A stretch of 64,000 nt of DNA from Candidatus Helarchaeota archaeon (GTDB taxonomy: Archaea > Asgardarchaeota > Lokiarchaeia > Helarchaeales > RDOG01), in NCBI GenBank assembly GCA_019058315.1, contig JAHPZH010000002.1:973910-1037909 (forward strand), written 5' to 3'. Shown one piece after another: positions 61,901-64,000 of this stretch; position 1 is the stretch's first letter, and every line of letters starts with the position of its first letter. Position numbers and translations under genes: made by a program. The notes below the pieces were generated by a model. That model had not been told where the DNA came from. It made no database searches and worked only from the letters and a program-made list of their open reading frames with translations.

Positions 61901-64000
61901 AGAGCTTCTGGAGTTGGATTGTTAAATATTTCTAAAATGTAATCATTATAGTGTATTACATACTTTTCCATACAATTTGCAATCTCTTCACATTGGTTAG
62001 GATTTAAGAAACTCTGTGAATCTTCAGGCGGAAATAATTCTCTTGGAGTTTCTTCAAATAATCGATGTAAGTTATTTTGATGAATAGATTCCCACTCATC
62101 TTCCCAATACTCCCTTTCTAGGCTGCTTTGGAACATAACGATTCTCTTTTCACGAAATGCGGCTAATACTTGACCCAATTTCAATTTTCTTTCATTCGAA
62201 GTGATTTTTCTTTCAATTTCCTCATTTATTTCATTACCATCTTTATCATAACCTATAGTAACTTCCACTATTTCTGATTTATGATTGGGGTCTGTTTTAT
62301 CTAAATACAAAGGTACGTAACGACGTCCATTCGGATGGGGCATATATCCTTCAGCACTTCTTTTTTCTCCACCAATAGATGATATATATTTTTCATTAAC
62401 TCTAATAATATCATCTTCCAAGACAATATAGGTTCGTTTGAGAAGATCCATTAATTCTTGTTGTGGTATTCCAATTTTAGCAAATATCTCCAGTAAAAAT
62501 CTTTGCCCTTCATCACTATATATATCAAAATTAGTCCAATCTTTCTTCGTCTTCTGTACAGTTATTTCATTTTTTATATTTAGTGGAGCAGTTTCTGTTA
62601 ACCATAAGGTTACAAGATAAGAGGGTATGATTAATTTATCATTGATTAAAATTGGTTTAGTTCCAGAGAATAAACTGTCTTTTTGAATAGAATGTTCATT
62701 TAATTCGACATCCTCCTCTGTTACACCTAAAATATTACCTTCAAGCATCTTTTTTTTAGGATATTGTGTAGATTTTGCTGAGAAATGTATTGAAATTACT
62801 TCTATTATTTGTTTTTCTACATTTAATGCTGGAACTAAAGCTACCGCATCAGCTAAAAATGTATTTTGATCTTGAAGATCAGGACCAGGAAAAGCTTGAA
62901 CATATTCAACTAAATTAGGGTAGAGGATATGACCTTGATCCTCAAATATCTTGCTCAATTCAGGTAATAAATGCGAAACTACTGCTAATTGAATTGCCTC
63001 TGTAAAATATTGGTATGAAGTATACATTTCAGAGTGAATAGGTTTTTGAAAATGACTGGGAGAAATTCTAAATGTCAATGCAGATAATAAATATAGAATA
63101 TAATCAAAAGAATATTGATATTCTTCTCCTATTTTTTCTCGATATTCATCAGGCAATTTATGTCTCTCCTTTTTTGGGAGAATTCTAGCCTCTATAATTT
63201 CTCCAGTTTGCACGTTTATTTTATTAAATGCAATACAAACAGGGTGCCTATCTACGGAAACTAATTTGTTTTGAATTGGATCCCAAACTCTTTTTGTCAT
63301 TAAGAAATTATATAATGAAGGAAAAGTATTGGCTAAAATTTCATAATCGTTTTTTTCATATAAAGAAACCATTTTTCGTATTTCTTCTTCAGTGAGCCCA
63401 CCAGGTCTAATCATGTATTTTAGGAGTATATTATGACTTGCTTTTCGAGTAGCACCCATTAAGCTGGAAAGTGATATTCTTCCAAGTGTAGGGGTATCTG
63501 GACTCGCTCTTTCTTCCATTAAATGTAAAAACTCAGCTAAATATAATACCTTAATATTATATTGTCCATCAATCGAATATTCTTTTTTATCCTGTAAACC
63601 TTCAATTATCCCAAATAATTTATTTTCAAATTTGAAATTATTTTTTAACTCATCATAAACCCATTCACAGTGTAATTTAGAATAATCATATTCTGCATCA
63701 TCTAATTGTTGAATTAATAATTTATTACCTCTCTTTTCAATAATAGTAGAGAGTGTAGATATAAATTCGACATATCGGTTATAAGCGATCCTTACTTGTT
63801 CTTGCTGTTGCTCAGTTAAAATTATTGTTTTTTCTGGTGAAATGATATCGGGGATATGAGGGATTGCAGGTAAATTTTCAATTTTCGACTTAAGATCATT
63901 TATGTCCTTATCAAATTCAATAAAATTATATTTTTTATATTCCTCCAATAAACTTGGATCTTTATCCAACTCTGCTAGTGCATATTGTTTAGCATCTTCT
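25951..64000 (-). CDS. Giant (>12,680 aa) multidomain extracellular/surface protein; 5' end outside window
   Basis: 38 kb stop-free frame in AT-rich DNA. The frame stays open upstream of the track's TTG at 63969 (EDAKQYALAE-LDKDP) to the edge. Contains Ig-like, CBM-like, PA14-like, DNRLRE-like and baseplate-like repeats and DxDxDG motifs. Confidence 0.95.
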   Translation of the reverse strand, partial: EDAKQYALAELDKDPSLLEEYKKYNFIEFDKDINDLKSKIENLPAIPHIPDIISPEKTIILTEQQQEQVRIAYNRYVEFISTLSTIIEKRGNKLLIQQLDDAEYDYSKLHCEWVYDELKNNFKFENKLFGIIEGLQDKKEYSIDGQYNIKVLYLAEFLHLMEERASPDTPTLGRISLSSLMGATRKASHNILLKYMIRPGGLTEEEIRKMVSLYEKNDYEILANTFPSLYNFLMTKRVWDPIQNKLVSVDRHPVCIAFNKINVQTGEIIEARILPKKERHKLPDEYREKIGEEYQYSFDYILYLLSALTFRISPSHFQKPIHSEMYTSYQYFTEAIQLAVVSHLLPELSKIFEDQGHILYPNLVEYVQAFPGPDLQDQNTFLADAVALVPALNVEKQIIEVISIHFSAKSTQYPKKKMLEGNILGVTEEDVELNEHSIQKDSLFSGTKPILINDKLIIPSYLVTLWLTETAPLNIKNEITVQKTKKDWTNFDIYSDEGQRFLLEIFAKIGIPQQELMDLLKRTYIVLEDDIIRVNEKYISSIGGEKRSAEGYMPHPNGRRYVPLYLDKTDPNHKSEIVEVTIGYDKDGNEINEEIERKITSNERKLKLGQVLAAFREKRIVMFQSSLEREYWEDEWESIHQNNLHRLFEETPRELFPPEDSQSFLNPNQCEEIANCMEKYVIHYNDYILEIFNNPTPEALEFMKGAIMMMSQGREVPSSVPTTKSTQDPLILEVLKPVEDILKDPNLTKKQFLKVFAEILRQMNYRLLQEVRNGLDYNLGISILQLLLLGSSDLSNYLLKFGLQDPGNPIFTDYDRDIFEVFVQFVSGLMDLIDLGTIEEPILPEIPIEVEYLNYLDYASTIYENRWISDAIFNDFVMDEIELDSSLETSLRNTALRTLGISGLISLIPEFEIMETWPFDEIKNWGLEFGAYKDSDSNPIHPLSEAYGYVSTWYDLSRHNVVVRTQVDESGDYAGIRGVFLVQNGTYYSSTAKMGFSIRNLRTDEIGYGEFDFSSMIYNNTDHYNGYISRDEQGLAKFDIFVEKGDTIEIIFDRVPRDSFIMIPAINDNEAGVNQQYVEIHYEDSTVFVKDVDILYLSLLEENVEDLSGTIAFATVTKGCIISDYNQNNIPDSIKIAKDTDGNFENNVDEFISYFFDNEEGKQIVEGQLLTQNEILTYNYNLETDLQLAQIPYEWDTTEGDSIIMEKDGVSTILELNVHYDIDLFEQKVIFIEPNLLSLGSSIRAVYRTSDLIIWAGLNENNVEQFILGQAKIHVDHFISMNPQKKVETEFKEIYIIGVITNELNLTQNNVIIEKYKEFPAAKTYSSIIYDPSDNKLVPIYIFADPDLPFMGTSLDVALTTAYMLLENLYLEGYLNTRIVNYLELQEIFTSHSGIFINLNGILPYTFLNINDDRQKHTTFKTWVNILGNQYVSVYTRPLEFVFYKNKVVPYSEIFYQSYQNYLKQYQLESYIPTPVGPSKIVEEILSLTENYNSIFNINRVGWDQLYIDKIPESSLILFGQDDPNNDLNDLDNSDSEYYKISNKLDTDYLKLRDETAYMSQVGFEFNLEKLDKDIIDTSLEYKIGTNRDAEDQTSFYIMVYNWKFNSWTNLTTIIPKDITTVPNDLSEEINLAFIKNGIIRVKIILFTKLTNGLTLEILIDKLKIESNYYESTTPKYECYEESNKIKARNNIKHDFEGPDYYYNYLVSDPINLILDKGVSYKLKFDYSILENYANSYFYFIVTDYPNENGLLYEDRPETAGWTTWNTDDSEMISTKEIEFTVPTSGFISDDFSLVFGIKNAGNITISNIFLEKFNDITPLEMKDNNYYTLTPEGGYLESTFIFNGIPLPELRNYHIDLEIEAYKYAELSTGYIRIRGTSSKYVHKDTVFSTTINGRDAEFEINDPDPPFWGYEIPSGGVLWLPIISKIPQYPVTPRDYIEWSFNIPSSSNRYDQDILVDNPSTMDGGVTNQFTGVGYCDLVIAFYDYDENNWNSYSSIYIEDEEELFEIHSVLNDNIYPIISEDGEIKVKIFKLDEDVMYNDQIFFDFLNIKIHSIDNFNDFNYAKNHIAEMDVYNKQLTVDNQVLFRTDCTIFEGITSTQSFWISEYPIDTTQFSEQDLKIEWAKSEDFSDPFTGQWGKGLVSFVHMYPTENTKYSINFNDECQQTSKILFSMITGIPLSTSITANEYDLWKGGLSGLYSLFEKGDYGLNVESTDKDGDGIEDVIVEVPGSGLTYQFTSYAAGAPNIKLIERGPNWEKVMNTTDGTYSKYYYSSNVFINYGDFWLPYHFHENSIDDFFIKHPSGTFIINSTGYYIFNNTELILNKSHWDLYVNNGGWQLEESIKTEFETYIEIDGTLVTITNSTSVDGLQDPLIIRRKDYTNSGILSTDWRFGFGDFKITVDFLSTADETKEYQIRWSGYVPNIDNIEVGYPSPYKPLYDSDFSDGSWVLNSSHPPNFFNSTSYGIKFNQTEIFDWFDWKSNVSIDINENCILTYQPDHCPCVSAELYFNNVTLENGTVLETEQINFNLNETNTLNIYDYIAKKIGTKANKINQIWIHYEEVGNYTDFTNCTYSDDPHNHFFLYLGFGISEWYKTQYITDSFLEIDSLSSVNFYKNDTFFLNIDFNDVSNNISRKININPGLNNVKFNIIFYNLTLQKGQSIKIDPNEKIFKDELVEDWSWTFWSTYSNWDWDWAYIPIEVWLPGPWGIPVKWIVLWPIKLYDWCWYPPYRRNNRGSQLYPVGYPLAPLPDSGNSLFDNHDDLGTPLSRTSFNYMGGTHYLLNNLVNVYDPRIMQSDAYWGDFADPEMLIGDWCAMGTNIPFHIFPGYYGDFAHIIDPQTHYPMNIFVYSGQQIENWERTDIIWDQNQQPSPLSYLDVWVRDLPIDNGIDGFSDWYYVSNPGPGLPGGWVENPHDRDNYGVEGHLIIPEWSNFDDRPAQVDRELIYKSDLTDGTWSFSLNTDASETLEPEDITQYFIASGSENAYQLGKRIDTLYNVKMKEHFEGDGLVNSFILTIKPDLDLDSIEEVTVTLNALLDPPDPQAIQTYEFIYTDSPSSTGGFQYTRTGDNSEIINLFQGVDPYLPSGDDLVNIKYIVLGGDILEAEYSIIDSETVFFKYPPKEGSEISVSYQHEPIYFELERTGVYLTGTEEFDWFEIISSETIEINPDTFFQGKIFQSDFAITSLTIEEYTDELGIKWTSNPIEIDLTIMDYFNLYEYLLPETEPLGFIIKELNKIKFRFEEIDPILNRIDEFWFDFEDYTLTHQFVIPWDPLVDSVYIPGTGYLEYGVDYDIEYLGEGYAKILFLTSPPYVIMDQLSTVSYRTYNPEFGPNLGSQFLEFSFSITEWDLSSSLPGGPYYYYEPTLNPGGEYQLMDWMNNFFSYGADSDGGGNDQGDYPNHFIWCPYPIPGFGYPKGDRWEGSQWHVDSGDWDDRITSTVMTDTGRYKFWFNMEAGLASGETKNYDPDYKMRDKFNEEYFQMILHANTGSNKALLDWYQIDSLRENGWNIPWSNNDEFEDLFDPLYTGTDTPPIRGEFHQPFHWKQKSIGTSNNPNPNRRPQLVVQYTEDFPPEANISAVMLDYSGEAWKTAYIKLNENDDKGDYEQGDTISTSSKKIIFQVSTNDDYGFNSDEIPDDAEESIETHHHSSYQEDLFGGIYQWDRHVEAIKINVYYWDWSTSEWLFHDTHTNWWQHNTDPKELIEDWKYDIIDRNFEFDLNAPVGDTVYRIEVDTLNPYDKQRWLSQVEEKELFVLYIELDTTSPIVNDITVTDIGEADNDGVAEYGEEIQLQVTAYDPELLVIPTINPPPVVYPEHSVVDGYVYLWHDDDIIYRTDSYSVIINQLLVNPDTIIIRDIYDEIIGMKIKLHGLNPIFEMSTEPILGLGSGPSTFIWTQKDSIDDLLYTGDWYLEEVAGEYAIYVYLALSDVTPEIKPDGWAEGFMNFEYGTLDSSYKYTPLKKSDGTNAIIENSDGSYTIPFNVPAAKLKNYLFTDGEVTLRAKSGIYDNPRLKGAQISDVGKGNHGISPIYNIVITKQDAIFNDNNIYIQSNKGRPIQFYDLVIMGSQLVTPFNSPITEGCVKYHYSIDFDTNGQPINWIEIGESNLDSNGINFIETYLDFLPPDLTFSIKAEFLGNDYYKPNFVYIIKTATKNDNLAINVKDKYGNTLETIKLQARLLQSDYSIPVANRNIKFSILNYADDVPLVDNMVALTNDDGWAEYDYLCNLEFGGSYPFVYKIKAEFVGTDDYYETPQYTIGYLFDNSLDTFQIPTSRPGIMNITYFGNNLNSSFMIATTEGYLDKVNNIELIDQTLDWVEILVETSTQDNSKHADCYFTIYDSGFVDIKVKTYDIDESELVRAIFSLNSSAHVYSDDLLPYGNLDIENTFEYSDMGWLMSHNPEWMILGDDENLWGISMWGYHPYSLSTIPLRSTWWINSPKYQALSYGMNIGSESSTTIRVGPISESHINGRTPPYTELFLTDIQADGTISTWLSPFEDSLDTIISDTYFTLNETLMFGEEGINWEEGDDCFSTSFDAFYQSISYNISQSILDGLNHVVRNWTYNFKPVNITQSPFMTWAWKKGGITSEDFELIDRNDMLFDINYVYDYSWFIGTKYDTWDEIQNIISITELNTGKVLKRVKKNPIDNEYTVDLENHLITFGGEPYIGVDNYNITYSYSDSAGTDLSIELYVRDTETGVSATITIDNSNYGIPIDWELKSINLHKLIYEYYVTQIYGPTPPPNLDEHDFELLGIGFNNHDQGYSLFDFISVYGIELDEQYYITSLDNTNINTNVNSFYSLMDDGTLILNIAESDDLEKNEIEIIVDEELEPENSYILQSEIMLYDSDSSIFDHGRFSIILVYDDGTEDQFSFSTHPNLATNLVPLNQFAKIQSPIQISSSKKLEKIKFKLEELNERDSEFMCFLTHYRIIKEKGNTLDSMTFTNNQVIPNFSEFYIVDTVIAEADVIKYYYTVIYMDSNAWIALIPEYYRGISDFEIYLDSRSIQQGDHIFLNEGYHYIMVRIETSDPMVQWKLKIFNSLIENQLTTNNEITSLTALATFYHDPIKETAIEIEEIAEELYQTYLIPINESWDGEYVYIDNAGEYKVENLEVKWNYYTSSSNWIDINDYMKNIYPTQAIKRDSFRGLAKTNQKFVLSCRPIYEIYYVYYNDYSDTDEDGVTDEHIYLTQVATLDELYSLGRGYYHLDYETGLITIGGQSIPWGDDNYFVSYLVKPINVMAYGWTGIWSPVESTATLVFKMKGCAVVNFNGYEIINENFGNNEYIEKEILVWLEKGYNYLFIKNGIEDGDFKFNIRIKDVIKLRKETVETGSIVNDEIILLKIPINIKNLLIDGTPFNDYIINELEKKLILTDPPIGFYDITYEYLDSELIKIYNNKYEEMVPIATPEYDYNFENNVYAAGSLSSYAAGDVFTSFKTESNYNLLEMGEYWELYYDPEIYRYKQLIFSNYEYINVDGYWVSYEYTPISNNDFIVKNPTSLYHFTPNGVKIFDITGTSLKELENFQVQYKNWIWGWCDMDVDTINYQINQDSNYINITSIQTLTDGSLLKIKYIMGSGSTKYEINFISIYKREYRIQWNLEGYENDIYILSNDGGTITSANGELIVRLNYEIDKFHHFTDLGERASITFGNFNLDAQEEVKILAALSTREPICNDTYVSNQNPATFYGYKDTLQVNYIDNTALFPDAEGNFVALKANNFYQQVGDSSGDLIDTHERDDNSLILTEDSSDNLEALFYFDTGIEASHIMNLGLETYISDDNNWFLWFPDLQISIWNWAQNDWFELGKTIRGCEKWYNYTISNIMYIHEFASSNGQVIIRIKNKYYDNLQPNNYNLDYLNLIVNYKNIFKYSFIKFPLPLENDIEIVYEDTSFNIFNTETKIDNYNDKVSMYYFLNSDIINDTITFDDIYSYVTSGEIVTYGNILENDYRVTDHSDGIYEVIESQYNPVDNTSYISVTYDYDIKETCNYIEIETDFNLTSEYNDDMGHFELQIFNWDTCSWETLSIWYKQDLNKLCKIKCSNIINTDFGKYVMNKLVRIRYWFARVGLWSFKMHLDKSIVISDLSDSFIDEIQDVSFNEWYSFKSLEFSTLLTDLAKTGEEYATFLFKGDKSEWSFSSSDAYMNNPYLEVYYSKRIPVIISDPSKDVSFYETEILSVSVQDYYGNSVGAGLEIIFEYYDDVLGEFISLGTAYTNDFGIAELELFITFFPGEYIIRAVFEGNEFFLPYSVEGIMNVIDTTPPEVNILFPDPTIYHRHEILQFVFTSKDNVFVDYHLIYIDDEAPIYVEAYPFETPFEEYQYDEVITIYIPDPAILEHTVKIVAVDYAGNEAEVTGNFKINLQDPIVEITNPIPPSYYTSNGQILLEWTASSEVEIQYWNITNFDVAIEEFLPKNTRSYLLNLDEGFHNIQLYTEDESGRIARKNIFIGVDKTDPSCIILAPTQNEHIPDDSIELYWIVHDDDTCPSGIENVLIEKRYDNDPWETVSEQFKLNYTISVPIAGNWQIRATVWDIAGNYNSETIDIEIDLTDPVVQIISPISQSYCGEIVTLKWQSDVSEFNIFKNGKLINDLTIDYNPTTQLYYTELDFDKENTYIIRVEAIDEAGRESSDEITLFVDIKSPFLTILSPESGYVTTETINLKYIFDEDFPLYLEVWVEEWDGAQFVREVTYRNRYENFPPPLNINVNLAEGKFKVYIELKDHLNTLVSKYVEIIIDNTPPEINILNIDPTPISSLINTEVVAVEVGFSDLNKIARIISLVQGIVDIVIENPIGNSYTFNFVLNEGINDLNFIVVDESGNYREVALSLNVDTTPPIIYKDSVFVNGKYPAVTKLIFVDEECSVRFDYSELNLAYFMLTDWYKEDYEDTIEINTLSDPSLYTLQNMVKSGGHWEVPMDEYEYEKALLDYDWSSVVNLARTDYQGDFGGELTGTYESDWLNQIAAMSSNIWGSGAHTAGVVHSGSHSVPDGTYRQIFSRSSSTSGSDSVQGRLLHETYQYANFTNADLMSFNWEICTELDLYNSQSAEIEFYIENELVWYEEYYNLLGLDEIISDTVIIDTTTYTGMKELRFIVRLNNEADSGNGVNSIQVTLYPIKIERLHEYGYLTLQPINLHENVDSIEFYRTGYAPTDTSINMAYRTADSETELLGNAWINLESSEQQTIPDNLVKDWIQVAIILYTNLNDLDTPYLFDISIYYTYYYQSGIFYEQPCVLPYDETVQGHHTMKLDIYDLVGNSDTYDFDIFVDVGEPELVNILPLEGERIGSTNYVVKWDFIEQALYSEIPDLEETYICQVLIDGQLQGTFTTSSSQTASYEVELSKDSTEIKILVADMAGNIKEVTRNIVVDLESPTIQIDSPINNGFLCTNQHILSLGWSSYDEGGIGNYFLAIDDNEPVEILEGIYNYDLNLVEGIHVITLTAVDLAGNTGSDYLIYNFQPELPTILITNLLENNFVNNLDIEWIYEEGIYQLDYFIVSLLNLDTSQIVYTSEKLTDSTHSILGMPDGNYEIIVTLYSDSAPPQTHSITNIHYDTHADAVSDITFDSGDYWDYYIDIIWQCTEINLDYYTIIFDDGTNMYEFTTTNNYYKDLPIPSTDGNTITIIIKTHDKAGNEATIQVTGVADTTAPIVEINAQFRNWQWYTPEGSQDPILEEQIHDILNSYEIIIIYKNRYFSIEYEGIEIATISDVGEVQIINPNYAPMEKVFAYIANIIKFNEDLKPNSNVGQLLITDLILQYENIDQFSWSYVENYLNEIETYKIYYNDIILGSITDLNFELLELFEGSDQVITIAAIDKSGHIGITSIVLQIDLRHPKVINTRGLATANGGMEFSVELADDCLELVTVNLEYKVTVNGTLYVCNENGNWVPVDDYQGSYPDQGIYNAEMNLIYTSKNINEGSKISSAFENVIGTYLIEISDLPDNAQLEYRFAVTDHSAHSAYTSDWDSDVMLIHPTCLTGFYMPYRKLSNSIILDDFEQDINRHYYWLDDFKDIDPSWEFDSSLIMTSYDKTVTKDGVNTGILDFYGDFDAGAWLTLYRDFNLAIEEDMVFHMRAKLPTGIFTEPEFPDSQMPNFLIYIIFEISDEDGVISNIQYDITTTLTSTISLTESGEWLNYNLNLFDLFKQNGIDEPKTILKTSIRIKARDVSPEVSHFTGVKHFYIDRIGMYKFGWKVRDGDGIYRLENDGLEGQYCMNLETGPAYSSEFFIVNSTDEVNININSNPVVRFTIERINYNTIPSIGFVLNDILINFVWGPKSQISYDFDLYDYVWNIQIADDEIGVKSFEYDLLSAIDVFNKRNEAFTINATVITDVLLICRSIRLEEVSHPSPTHTPLQTPSYELAIANFDFLTFSPRSQISIPYNIEDSSIEGYSWNTQSLGFNIWSLNGTVMDGFDALFSLNSTIIPDSPDVEEFRSWEELDNSWTYEELSGGGGAPILVINTDPTDITDGILNIAYYTLTYTGNLIEEGYNKIKIVCAAGSGGQLMINIAVNYGFLQPIFVDGGEGEHIIDLREYGDITAFMLTAISQRIKIDQIEFGQFENNFYTNNIVGPRDFHITKLTANMTEGDNIKIVQKMWSELLLVEDIYVIDTVFGNINITRYMQYDENEIVLTFPLTNFTTYKPNDFNILLGSSVYENIEGLSTLFDMDGKFLKIESVHNSPYTGFEYIEVDFEFEIVDPSPLSDISQAETSYLDIYGICNSYIPQTWIAIYNPLTTNWDIIEQGDSNILSLTEPFEIENLQDYIDGSNTLKIKLIAAKATTEKIRLYIDFIQLNSSFSSQSTFFSPVKNGYSQYWWFSQEPFAIINEYEVLDESADGLTDTYQLSHLPIAWGSNDHIYIDTGSGDVEQTGYSVNLDTSIVTLSAPAPLNSKVSAKYRWVNNKMAKGLVMFRQSDYYDSRQVLDLTDYTIDHTIVDTIEIIEEDLEYEKYPYDTVLPDYDFSTNTHLLHDSNLEYVILDDFTGDWYSNWICEKAQMTRTSGSGGHHVGEITHANNAVEFSDHTTNKGGSSKSSTFEHIIYQDVDLTGADTISFLWGMKYEVDGSTWCDLNLELYIHEPEDDINTISPVEQIHKHWTANQVDQGYLNVDISNYEGTKRVTFRFYTSGWVTDDMLNTRGFFAYIYLNPVNIDVYYPTGDVIDEHWQLKEYTNDDILPDYDFSTDTRLYHAGNEGIYDLNPDDPLTEWEWDTDYWICEKAQMTRTSGSGGSHIGEIIHTNNAVNFHEVLSSKNEAKLGTFEHIIYQDVDLTGAGSINFLWSMNYTSRGTGYIDLYLELYIYDPGTNLDITTEIPVEQIHNYWTNYIEFDYGYANIDVSSYSGEKRVAFRFYSDGRVPKKSYTSNYYSWICLYPVHIDAYYPTGNITTEPIYLGEKIDFAAITKIDQNTPNTEIEFRYKTADSIAELGDIEWSSWYSQDKFIILQGTIKSWIQWEILLKSFGVDTPFLFNSQVDYRYKSGSWIVSNAPFEESDLSKIVEVQSDSVEFSQGESMGLAFIYKILYGEVNFESSNNGPDHIKFTAQALDPSVDSYWYPDISQQTITIQSDNFLEYDIKIIPDYLFTPCQAAVDIYFTDATWMSSGNAVDQNGISASPQTDLFGNKWYHRRIDLSNFETKTTSCFEVALEHDYGKLIMYIDNVTITDLNGEILHRIYTHGMPEYASDLGKNSDNMEYTMSEIVSYPINSYDIIPDTQIISEGEDYVITESKGSGKNWDIEDNTMFYSGGMTELKRTMTWNSEETGYDVKTIPFNLTSSMLFDTYQEGSDWVAIFNDNGLGMGAQLLSGAIDSLDLIQGTKEFYEFFTNIENVDELSDWDYIDGGGTPSFEDEKLILTGEQNLITKRSWHKGYNLKLVIEELDTGSAWVPPAGELYELANFYPYYFDENNYFKFYIKAVADGACGYDIYYKFVIAKDGIIEERQVFIESSATLPYNLEIDLNIEEDSWTATINGNTYDSTLFSLDPTWFQNYCNYLGQVKIEGEYKTSYDDISITHLGTLENANNTKILFCKDHPIVQKGDSFSYVLRLWFGNCLNYDTTVKFPTVNFNQKIPLHKLIEDFETTGSFIQSDSEVIEGLYSGIIDSMVTYPISPLFIEDNPSLKWFWKPTEIIKDPADSTESSEWPGEFSDWARVGSIVDDPTRDDELEVETVTATQLLINNGYIEFPNSDRRYIHTTEFNYGTIETPLPTVGFKRIDLVIVNKTGVFLISGEEIEEIEDAIPPNFLTGIKLAEIELTSSGIENIEDTRLFAEKVKYNYFYGYEESQYKSYYIINNTLSIKDENLGYDPSSWEIALDQYPILPWDDSIDSVLLDGNPLQLGIDFEIYILPDSRAVIKLLNYFDGEIQATYRVSEDRIETQTFIVGVFIYDLIYSPAVVWDPIIDTVIDNEGSSNEQILEYGTDYTVQINEINEELQIILTQDAESWVNNLGSGGHDLTFHYRVYNNELDIETLEIDREYELLEYPIVDWDDEIDNLYSDYDRLIEDVDFEVVYDIDGRGIIQLFHPIEGFNLYSNYRYYTNGIATKEIASNIEILNHEVVEKAYLHFNINSTVEDIILTINGISYPMTVEENIGKEYTLEINPTDLFYGFNSQSTSITYQMGTSKYIFASYPVLEWSSEIDNVMIDGVELNYNQDYLVTINENGDAEIEFLNIYSDGTIFIINFRKARLNSIGITSQNFDPFYMGIIYKDKERFYSYIAWETGATEINGEFDFYLELITDEKLQKSIIIGNNPEDLKYNSISLKALIYSTSPRIQGRVNNYEFKVKVLNNQWYWCSIDIPSSELLIGSTNIIELYGPPNETIMIAYDPELNGFSNSQFHDGDHWNLLDGEYLIYIERIKTPPLALGVDLYGFDASTLLGTIWFTSAESFESSIIDWEIPLETDIESWNFVNVFLPYYVDQMCKENSVEKPYYYGNIYLNSYQSTGVDGYFDLIYREYAPYSEPLTSFGLTTFYFNKFLERPIAFNPERIEKERIYGNDGINAVFQLKYTPILTWDNDKDGVYFDDLKQDPSSYDVFESLGIIEFKKAPSKAVIIRIDYRTDARNNYVIDWRVSPTEPHKFGDIDGDDISDEPFSYNFNLNHLSQNGRYAQTEMMNGWYNPIIRSEMDYVTISGYHYAADELKINYNKYYFTNLLITSTDEYTFTIQTKKNPVSLWVDGEEIEYNTLNIATDLTCTATYTLLLEREIHTFLIKISEIPWTDAEGEHQPGNWFRFCIESLSPRNGLTSPIYITNLPSGRFKLIAYDPTYQWYSDSSYYASEMIMKEHAIYTSTALLMTNQIHIIGGYNVTADYMYRDIFTCVWSLGGIGGRPFTPMTSEYNGIIIQVSDLYPDIYARRYNDYQSSLSGSYEDRIHFFAQASLLEIYLESYGSFIFTGNRPFTHISHPKGTPRETSPDMFGIDTVLDIPGEIFYQNINEMKEYYYPIFSEQGSFVEFTPFDLYAPDRDQDGKKESYTGLYVNGHSYHYQIFGPQAAYEPSFSWTVSIHHGIMNIWYYYYCGEFPYTETIGHESVEVPIMPGGKINSMIISGGCPPEFGFGGAWLKGGIWVDGRLVSFIPDIDGAGIPIGAHFVFDWSSLFWLTGFSGYIDDDPHILMHLQSDEIWVLLNLIRQEFYLNSLIIDIDFKKRVAPGRSIEFRFIPQTYGVLEELSILNVNYNLPPNMEEPLMHVKIIDMWKEFHGLQDTVLFEGHVNDITFNEYIKDGKTNKLRIWVNKYNSYRVIITPSITMEFNYYWAAETNFRDKDEFEENRDMDWIKWALLDTSYKINKSIGEVIPTDNGKYMWEGLNDPYIPNYGVLVRPLIDYYDRIIVDFARFGNSYDGVTIPCIIQANDNGGGFVAYTMSQNPITLFHLNTSFTAAYITNFITLQQLTTITSNRYKNMIGNIHKRVFGFDLLDMNPSTGAFGIDWEGYWPAVTTDFIPATYSFNRPIYNKAWGTVLPTWYAPLFHALNFLVMPITAFLMMPEVLFGPPLPLSDLAEPGLFGGVWGADWYGYFTGFSHMGINDHDYRSYYTDWELYEQYTDPDMPFNEKTLRDPGFGWSEFGEPLQLRIATSEPLEWEMFNTYGTLLRLPFVILQDITFEIRLDAALKAHFPDVNNAYIWIESNFQNSYGEEEDSSWMKEARDAYEYLPSEEYNFLLKSGNIINVEGIKLDTFESTTSNSYELTHIPLDHENMIIIDQNINQPFDYTDEINSGYQYTVEIEEFLLKSPIFTIHLYLDGAPYSPGGNDITIQYETVFYKDIDYKHIKDEESPYYNSIQWVGDTPKADSTFYITYVYASNEAEPFKLDLNKDIHKVSLGYPLDNFIWNSWLSMLGAEVQIPWLTIKIYDYDPEQYAMENYGKDFNSLTLEQQNEFRRGHLLDVKYMGIPLEIDKDYKLAYSSYKALHKLTMKDWEWYTAYFEPIVKIGVCIAAIASTIISYGATSPAAIALIAYTVADTVSELFLHAGLLTLAARGIAGLAGELAGSPRTGYAFANFEFSNPIPQAAQWYINTGPIIGGYAPKFFYGHVVNYVIGAVISYILDEGIDTAIKKVGGKLGFDMRSKAEKAEEVRAQRAYLTSLEGAGDIPSIRETFYEPLERVSKLDEDILGRPLQAGASIEIFGQLIEKPSFLFGRRVTEPQVYKFPDAKLFYNPFGDDYTFIPKTMENNIRSLQRSLYYSYKITRTKKFRSEIMLGMSWDTFKRDIGRIVGYSPFS
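35920..37205 (-). repeat. Tandem intragenic duplication of a ~215-aa jelly-roll-like domain
   Basis: LPDYDFST...WICEKAQMTRTSGSGG...FEHIIYQDVDLTGA...PVEQIH...KRV.FRFY...YYPTG occurs twice (about 37205-36595 and 36550-35920); a diverged third copy lies near 42670-43270. Confidence 0.9.
40550..45262 (-). repeat. Array of ~12-13 bacterial-Ig-like domains within the giant ORF
   Basis: Recurrent D.T.P.V.I.SP ... A.D.AGN units (DTTPPEVNI, DKTDPSCII, DLTDPVVQI, DIKSPFLTI, DNTPPEINI, DLESPTIQI, DTTAPIVEI; DYAGN, DIAGN, DMAGN, DLAGN, DKAGN). Confidence 0.85.

Noticed and set aside
26678-62620. Numerous 60-100 aa ORFs within the giant gene, including possible immunity genes
   Set aside because: All overlap the giant ORF antisense or out of frame and have shadow-like composition.
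63967-63969. TTG as the true start of the giant gene
   Set aside because: The frame is open to position 64000, with no RBS or signal peptide at this point.
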